Shown here: positions 58,001-64,000 of the stretch, one piece after another
Position numbering within the stretch: the stretch's first letter is position 1
How the letters are laid out: every line of letters starts with the position of its first letter
NCBI GenBank assembly: GCA_002269645.1
Contig: NIVC01002965.1
Span: 1 to 64,000, forward strand
Source: Macrostomum lignano
Lineage: Eukaryota
Direction of reading: 5' to 3'
Length of the DNA: 64,000 bases
Notes under the pieces: model-generated
Told to the model about the DNA's origin: nothing
Databases searched by the model: none
The model's input: only the letters and a program-made list of their open reading frames with translations
Made by a program: the position numbers and the translations under genes

Positions 58001-61000
58001 AAACGTTTAAACGTAACCATTTTTTAATCTCATAAATATGACCATATTTTGCGTTTGTTCATAAATTTTCAGCTCATTGCATTGATTTTTTCGCTTCCTA
58101 GAGCATTTTGATTAACGTACAGTCTCGTTTTCAGCCTTCAAATGGAAAATATCACTGCTGATCAGTGGAGATTTTATGTTTTCATGCGATCGCAGCTCGG
58201 AGAAAACGCCACCAAAATTCATGCCGAGCTAGTCCAAGTTGTAGCAGATCAAGCCCCTTCGTACCGCACCGTGGCCCGTTGGATTGAGCTGGTCAGTGCT
58301 GGTCGACGCTCCATGACCGACAGCCCTCGTTCTGGGAGGCCAATGACATCCGTGACCGAGCAGAACATTGTTGCTGTGCGACAGCTGGTGGACGAAGATC
58401 GCAATATCACTGTTGCACTACTTAGCCAGACAATCGGCATTTCTGATGGCAGTGTCCGAACCATCTTGCATGACCATCTTGGCCTCCGCAAGGTCACGGC
58501 CCGTTGGGTACCTCATGCACTGACAGCAGAGCAGAAGCAGGAGAGGGTTCGATGCAGCCAAGAATTTCTGCGATGCTTCGGCGAAGGTGGCACTAAACGA
58601 CTTACTGATGTCGTGACTGGTGATGAGAAGTGGTTCTACTACTTCCAAGTGCCTCACAAGAACCAAAACAAGGTTTGGATTGGTTCCGATGAAGACCGTC
58701 CAACTGTTCTGCGCCCAGGGTTTCGCTCAAGGAAGCAGATGTTCGTCGTCTTTTTCAGCATCAACGGGCCAGAGACAGTTGTTATGGTGCCAAATGGACA
58801 GAACGTCAATGCCACGTTCTATACTGGCGAGGTTTTGCCTAAAGTCGTGGCTTCAGTCATGGAAAAGCAGCCAACCCGCCTCCAAAGTGGCAGAATTCAC
58901 TTGCACCACGACAATGCCTCCAGCCACACTGCGGCCATGACAACGAGCTTTTTGGCCGATAACAAGCTTAAAGTGATACCGCACCCTCCGTACAGTCCTG
59001 ATTTGGCACCCTGCGACTTCTGGGCATTCCCGAAGCTGACCGAACGCATGGCTGGATGCCATTTTCAGCGGCCCCAAGACCTGGCTCGCCGCATTAATTC
59101 AGAGCTGAACACCATGCCAGCTTCAGAGTACCGCGCTGCCTTCGAGGCATGGATCCGCCGTCACCAGAAATGCATAGAACGTGGCGGAGATTACATTGAA
59201 GGACTTTAATAACGTTTTAAGATTTACTAACAATTTATCTGCAATTGGGAACCCAGTTGCCAAAACTTTTTGCGCACCCCTCGTAATTGTTACATTAAGT
59301 TAAAAATCAAAAAACATCGGTGAAAAACAGAATTGGTTTAAAAAACTAATGACCTTTTATTAGCATCAGAAACTACTTACGCACAAAAACCGAGCAAGTA
59401 TAAGCCCCTTGAGTATTCTTCTGGTAGCCGAACAGAGCCGAATAGAGACAGTTCCGACCCTGAGGCAGATTCGGTCCCGAGCAAAAAGCGACAGTGTTGC
59501 AGCCGCTCGATACTTCCGTGTTGCAGGACTCGAGGCAAGATTCCTCGTTATTCTGCTGGGCTGAGTCGTCGATGCGAAGTACGGTGGGGTTCTTCGAGCT
59601 GTCCACTTTGATGAACTGAGCTGTTGAATGTTTTGAAATAATGGATAACTGCAAATTATCTTAATTCACCTTTTGTTGGATGTTACATATTTTGTAAACT
59701 TTACGGAGTAGTCCTTTTTGATGCAGTGATTATGAATTACTCAGTAGAGGAACGCTACAACTCAACTTTCTTTAAAAGTAGCTGGGAGGCCGATAAGAAA
59801 CGACAAAATATGGTATGTCGTTCGGTTTACCTAATATTTCATGAGCTCATTTACTACAGACTTTGATGGCCACTGGCCTTCTCACAGACCGAGCTTCAAG
59901 ACCTTTAACAGGTGAAACTACATGTAGGCGACAATGGACGCTCTGATCTCTATAAAAATTACTCTAAAATCCGACCTTCCTGCAGAGTCGTTTTGTATCT
60001 CGATGGCTAGAGGTTTTAACTTGCTCTATATTTGAGAATTCTACACTAAAAAGTGGTATTAAAGTTTCTTTTTAATACTCACAGTAGATATGCGGCTTAT
60101 CTAGCAGAGTGACTGTCAAGTAGAGATATTTGTCATCATAGTCTAGCTGCGGGTGCTGGAATCGAATCGGGCTTGCCAAACCCATGTCACTGGCGACAAG
60201 AACTTTGACAGCGCTTCTGATGAATAGCTCCGTCAGGTTCATGTCCTTTGGCTTCATGGTGCCTAGAAAAGTAAAGGAGAACATATTTAAAAAGTGTATC
60301 TTTATTCGAAATAGTTTCATTAAAACTGGTAGTTTAATCCAGAAAACTACCATTGATAGCTGAAAACTTGAGCACAAAGTTGAGTCTCTGCTCTTGTGTA
60401 TAGCAGGAGCCGACATCAAACTGGAATGGCTGAAGCTGGTCGACATCCGTGCCTGTGCTGCTGTCCGGGTCCGACACTTCAAAGTTGAAGAAGTTGTACC
60501 GTTCATAGTGGCTGAAGGACGGATCGCCTTCCTGTAGACAAGAAATGAGGGCTTCTGCTGTTGAAAATCTGCCGACTAAAGTTTAGTAATTAGGGCTAAA
60601 TGTTTTTCTCTAGACAGGAGCTAGCTCTGGACCAAACCGAAGCAAAGCTCCGGACCAAACCGAAGCAAAGCTCCGGACCAAACCGAAGCAAAGCTCCGGA
60701 CCAAACCGAAGCAAAGCTCCGGACCAAACCGAAGCAAAGCTCCGGACCAAACCGAAGCAAAGCTCCGAACCAAACTCAAGCAAAGCTCCGGACCAAACCG
60801 AAGCAAAGCTCCGGACCAAACCGAAGCAAAGCTCCGGACCAAACCGAAGCAAAGCTCCGAACCAAACTCAAGCAAAGCTCCAGACCAAACCGAAGCAAAG
60901 CTCCGAACTAAACTCAAGCAAAGCTCCGGACCAAACCGAAGCAAAGCTCCGAACCAAACTCAAGCAAAGCTCCGAACCAAACTGAAGCAAAGCTCCGAAC

Positions 61001-61453
61001 CAAACTGAAGTAAAGCTCCGGACCAAACCGACTACGCTTTTCTGTTTTCAAGCCATTCTTTTTCTAAAATTTCCATTCCGTCGCCTGAGTGCTCAGCATG
61101 GCTGGACATCTACGAGGTGTGTCCCAAAAGTTCCCGGAATGTCTAACGTAGCTCTTCAACGGAGCCATGAAATTTCACGCCCATGGTGTCAAATGAAAGG
61201 AAATTTTGTCACGAAGAAAACAAAGTTAAAATCATGTTGATATCTTTTTTTACTCAGGAGCTGCAGCTGGAGCTGACTATTGCTGCCAGTTTAAAAACTG
61301 CTATACACTAAATGTTTTACACAACCAAGAAGGGAGCGTTTCATCTTTTCTCACCGAACCGTCCGCGTTGTACGAAGTGATCCGCAGCTCGATGGGCACA
61401 CTTTTGCCTAAGCCAACTTGACCTTTGCCAATGGCAATCTCCGTAACACTCTC
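55006..61453 (-). CDS. Single-pass membrane protein with four visible PAN/Apple-like domains, 5' part not found
   Basis: Exons in frame: 61355-61453, 60351-60531, 60083-60262, 59381-59620, 56849-57139, 56336-56670, 55587-55773, 55006-55220. Repeated CxxxC..C..F..C..C patterns, then TM segment AAAAVFVTTSVIGMVLGIVMLMAVL and a short tail. Confidence 0.82.
57400..57690. repeat. CT-rich low-complexity tract (intronic)
   Basis: Pyrimidine-dominated CTCT/TTCT runs. Confidence 0.85.
57953..59283 (+). mobile_element. Full-length 1331-bp mariner element
   Basis: 31-bp TIR CGAGGGGTGCGCAAAAAGT(C/T)TTGGCAACTGG; TA TSD at 57951-52 and 59284-85; lies in an intron of the PAN-domain gene. Confidence 0.96.
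58142..59209 (+). CDS. Mariner transposase, DD34D, 355 aa, intact
   Basis: WVPHAL, VTGDEKW, HLHHDNASSH, YSPDLAPCDF; 34 residues counted between the second and third Asp. Confidence 0.96.
   Translation: MENITADQWRFYVFMRSQLGENATKIHAELVQVVADQAPSYRTVARWIELVSAGRRSMTDSPRSGRPMTSVTEQNIVAVRQLVDEDRNITVALLSQTIGISDGSVRTILHDHLGLRKVTARWVPHALTAEQKQERVRCSQEFLRCFGEGGTKRLTDVVTGDEKWFYYFQVPHKNQNKVWIGSDEDRPTVLRPGFRSRKQMFVVFFSINGPETVVMVPNGQNVNATFYTGEVLPKVVASVMEKQPTRLQSGRIHLHHDNASSHTAAMTTSFLADNKLKVIPHPPYSPDLAPCDFWAFPKLTERMAGCHFQRPQDLARRINSELNTMPASEYRAAFEAWIRRHQKCIERGGDYIEGL
60620..61032. repeat. 23-bp minisatellite, about 18 copies, sharing an 18-bp core with the 161-bp transposon unit
   Basis: Unit AAGCAAAGCTCCGGACCAAACCG. 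Confidence 0.95.
61110..61330 (+). mobile_element. Possible mariner-like terminal fragment
   Basis: TA followed by CGAGGTGTGTCCCAAAAGTTCCCGGAAT resembles a mariner TIR; no partner end found. Confidence 0.35.
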
Positions 61454-61699
61454 CTGCGTTAGTTGTGTAAATAGGGATTACATTTCGTTTAGATTTTAAT
61501 CACAGCAGATCTTATTTTAAAGCACATTTTAAAGTCAAACGTACATCGAGGATGAAGTATTCGTAGGTAACGTTGATCACGAGTCCTTTAGTTTGCATTG
61601 TACACAGAGAAATATAGATGTCTACTGGGAGGCCGCGAACCATACCCTGAAAAATTAGTAAAATACTAGCAATCTTCGCCCCCCGATGGGGGACATCTG

Positions 61700-62690
61700 G
61701 ATAGAATCTCTGTTCTCTACACCGATCAAAAACACTGCCAAATAAAGCCTTCACAAAGACAATAGACAAACTGCTCAAATGAAGAGCAATGCGAAAATAA
61801 ATCATCCCAAGACAGCAAGCATCCCCCAGATAGCAAGCATCCCCCAAATAGCAAGCATCCCCAGATAGCAAGCACCCCCAGATAGCAAGCACCCCCAGAT
61901 AGCAAGCAACCCCAGATAGCAAGCATCCACCTAATAGCAAGTATCGATCCTTAAATAGCAAGCATCCACCAGACAATAAGTAGCTAGTGCAACAATTTCC
62001 TTAGCTTTATAGTGGCTCCTTTATTATTGGCATGACGCTTATTTTTACGTTTGAAATGGTGTCTCTTATGTTTGCCATGGTGGCTCTTAAATGTTTGCCA
62101 TGATGGGTCTTTTATGTTAGGCATGGAGTCACATATATGTTTCTCAATAGAATCTCTGTTCTCTACAAGTAACAAAAAGACAGCCAAATAGAGCTTTCAC
62201 AAAGACAACAGAAAAACTGCTCAAATGAAGTGCAACGCAAAAAAAAACATCCCAAGACAGCAAGCATTGCCCCCAGGGGATAGCATGACAAGCACCCCCC
62301 CCCCCAGATAGCAAGCACCCCCAGATAGCAAGCACCCCCAGAAAGCCAGAACCCCCAAGATAGCAAGCATCCCCCAGATAGCAAGCACCCCCAGATAGCA
62401 AGCACCCCCAGATAGCCAGAACCCCCAAGATAGCAAGCATCCCCCAGATAGCAAGCACCCCCAGATAGCAAGCACCCCCAGAAAGCCAGAACCCCCAAGA
62501 TAGCAAGCATCCCCCAGATAGGAAGCATCCCCCCTCCCAGATAGCAAGCATCCCCAGATAGCAAGCATCCCCAAATAGTAAGCATCCACCAGACAATAAG
62601 TAGCTAGTGCAACAATTTCCTTAGCTCTATAGTGGCTCCTTTAAAATTGGCATGACGCTTACTTTTACGTTTGAAATTGTGTATTTTTTA
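61700..62690. repeat. Tandem duplication of a ~450-550-bp block containing the AGATAGCAAGCATCCCCC minisatellite
   Basis: ATAGAATCTCTGTTCTCTACA at ~61701 and ~62147; AGACAATAAGTAGCTAGTGCAACAATTTCC at ~61971 and ~62590. Confidence 0.85.
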
Positions 62691-63430
62691 TGTTTGATAT
62701 GGTGGCTCTTTTATGATTGACATGGTGGCTCTTTTATGTTTGACATGGTGGCTCTTTTATGTTTGACATGGTGGCTCTTTTATGTTTGACATGGTGGCTC
62801 TTTAATGTTTGACATGGTGTCTCTTTAATGTTTGACCTGGTGGCACTTTACTGTCTGCAATGATGGCTCTTTAATGTTTGACATGGAGTCACGTATACGC
62901 TTGACATAGTGACTCGTTAATGTTCGACATGGTGGCTCTTTAATGTTAGACATGGAGTCACATATATGTTGGACATGGTGGCTCTTTAATGTTGGACATG
63001 GTGGCTCTTTAATGTTAGACATGGTGGCTCTTTAATGTTGGACATGGTGGCTCTTTAATGTTAGACATGGTGGCTCTTTAATGTTGGACATGGTGGCTCT
63101 TTAATGTTAGACATGGTGGCTCTTTAATGTTTGACATGGTGGCTCTTTATTATTCGACATGGTGGCTCTTTTATGTTTGACATGGTAGGTCTTTTATATT
63201 CGACATGGTGGCTCTTTAATGTTGACATGGAGTCACGTATATATGTTTTACATGGAGTCACAAATATGTTTGACATGGTGGCTCTTTAATGCTTGACATG
63301 GTGGTTCTTTTACGTTTGACATGGTGTCTCTTTTATGTTTGGCATAGTGGCTCTTTTCTGTTTGACATGGTAGCTCTTTAATGTTCGACATTGTGCCACT
63401 TGTATGTTTGACATTGTGCTTCTTTTATGT
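62690..63430. repeat. 23-bp minisatellite, about 30 copies
   Basis: Unit TTTGACATGGTGGCTCTTTAATG. Confidence 0.93.
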
Positions 63431-63486
63431 TTAGCAGTTTCGTATTTTCAAGGTGTTTTAATAAAAAAATTACTTTGCACTACCAA

Positions 63487-63960
63487 GATTCGAACCCAGG
63501 TCGCTACGTTGGCAGTCAAGTCTGTTCGTATCTAGGCTATCTCTTTTCGATTGGAGTACATGAATTGTGGCCCTTATAATTCAATTCTTACAGCAAGTCA
63601 ATTAGAGTAAAATTATGACATAATCAATTTCTCAGTCAGCCAGTATCAGTCTCAATTCAAGTTAGCAATATTGGTTACGCAATTTAAATCAAGTCGTGTG
63701 TGCATTTCTTCGACACTGTTTTCAATTTGCTGTGATGTAATCTTTATTAGAATTGAAATTCAGTCAGTCAGGTTTTTCTCTAGCATTCTTACAATGCATT
63801 TCAAGTCGAAAATTTTGCTTGACCTTTGCAAAAAAGCTTGTTTTTCGAATATTTAATCCCTTTAACATTGAGCAATTTCTTAGCCAAGATGCATGTACCG
63901 TCCCAGGAAAATTTCTGATCGAATGGTGCAAATTTGAAGAAAATCGGTTGAGCCATTTTT
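63487..63960 (-). mobile_element. tRNA-like cassette copy 4 plus conserved body
   Basis: GATTCGAACCCAGGTCGCT...CTAGGCTA on the plus strand; body matches 14172-14650 (e.g. TTTAATCCCTTTAACATTGAGCAATTTCTTAGCCAAGATGCATGTACCGTC). Confidence 0.65.
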
Positions 63961-64000
63961 TCTGAAATCTATCGCATAGCTAGATACAGACAACTCATTT

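Overview
Animal (invertebrate, probably lophotrochozoan; a Macrostomum-like flatworm is only a guess) genomic DNA: AT-rich introns and intergenic DNA, GC-richer exons, very dense minisatellites. Spliced genes reconstructed by hand: a partial multi-repeat cadherin (-), three tandem TSPO paralogues (+), an OATP/SLCO transporter (+), a DEG/ENaC channel (-) and a partial single-pass PAN/Apple-domain protein (-). Mobile DNA: a decayed R1/LOA-type LINE with RNase H, an intact DD34D mariner, a Tc1 remnant, a CORE-type SINE and a MITE. The standout is a 9.16-kb DNA transposon (25717-34875) inside the GC-AG intron of the third TSPO gene. Its 2.9-kb and 2.4-kb inverted arms are built from 161-bp tandem repeats, each carrying a G-quadruplex motif. 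They enclose one intronless 981-aa ORF that fuses a C2H2 finger, a Harbinger/ISL2EU-type HTH+DDE transposase, a degenerate SWIM-like finger and an apparently complete ubiquitin-specific protease (C19) domain. A second system is a set of composite satellite blocks, each ending in a tRNA-like A/B-box cassette. All domain calls come from motif recognition by eye; no database search was run.
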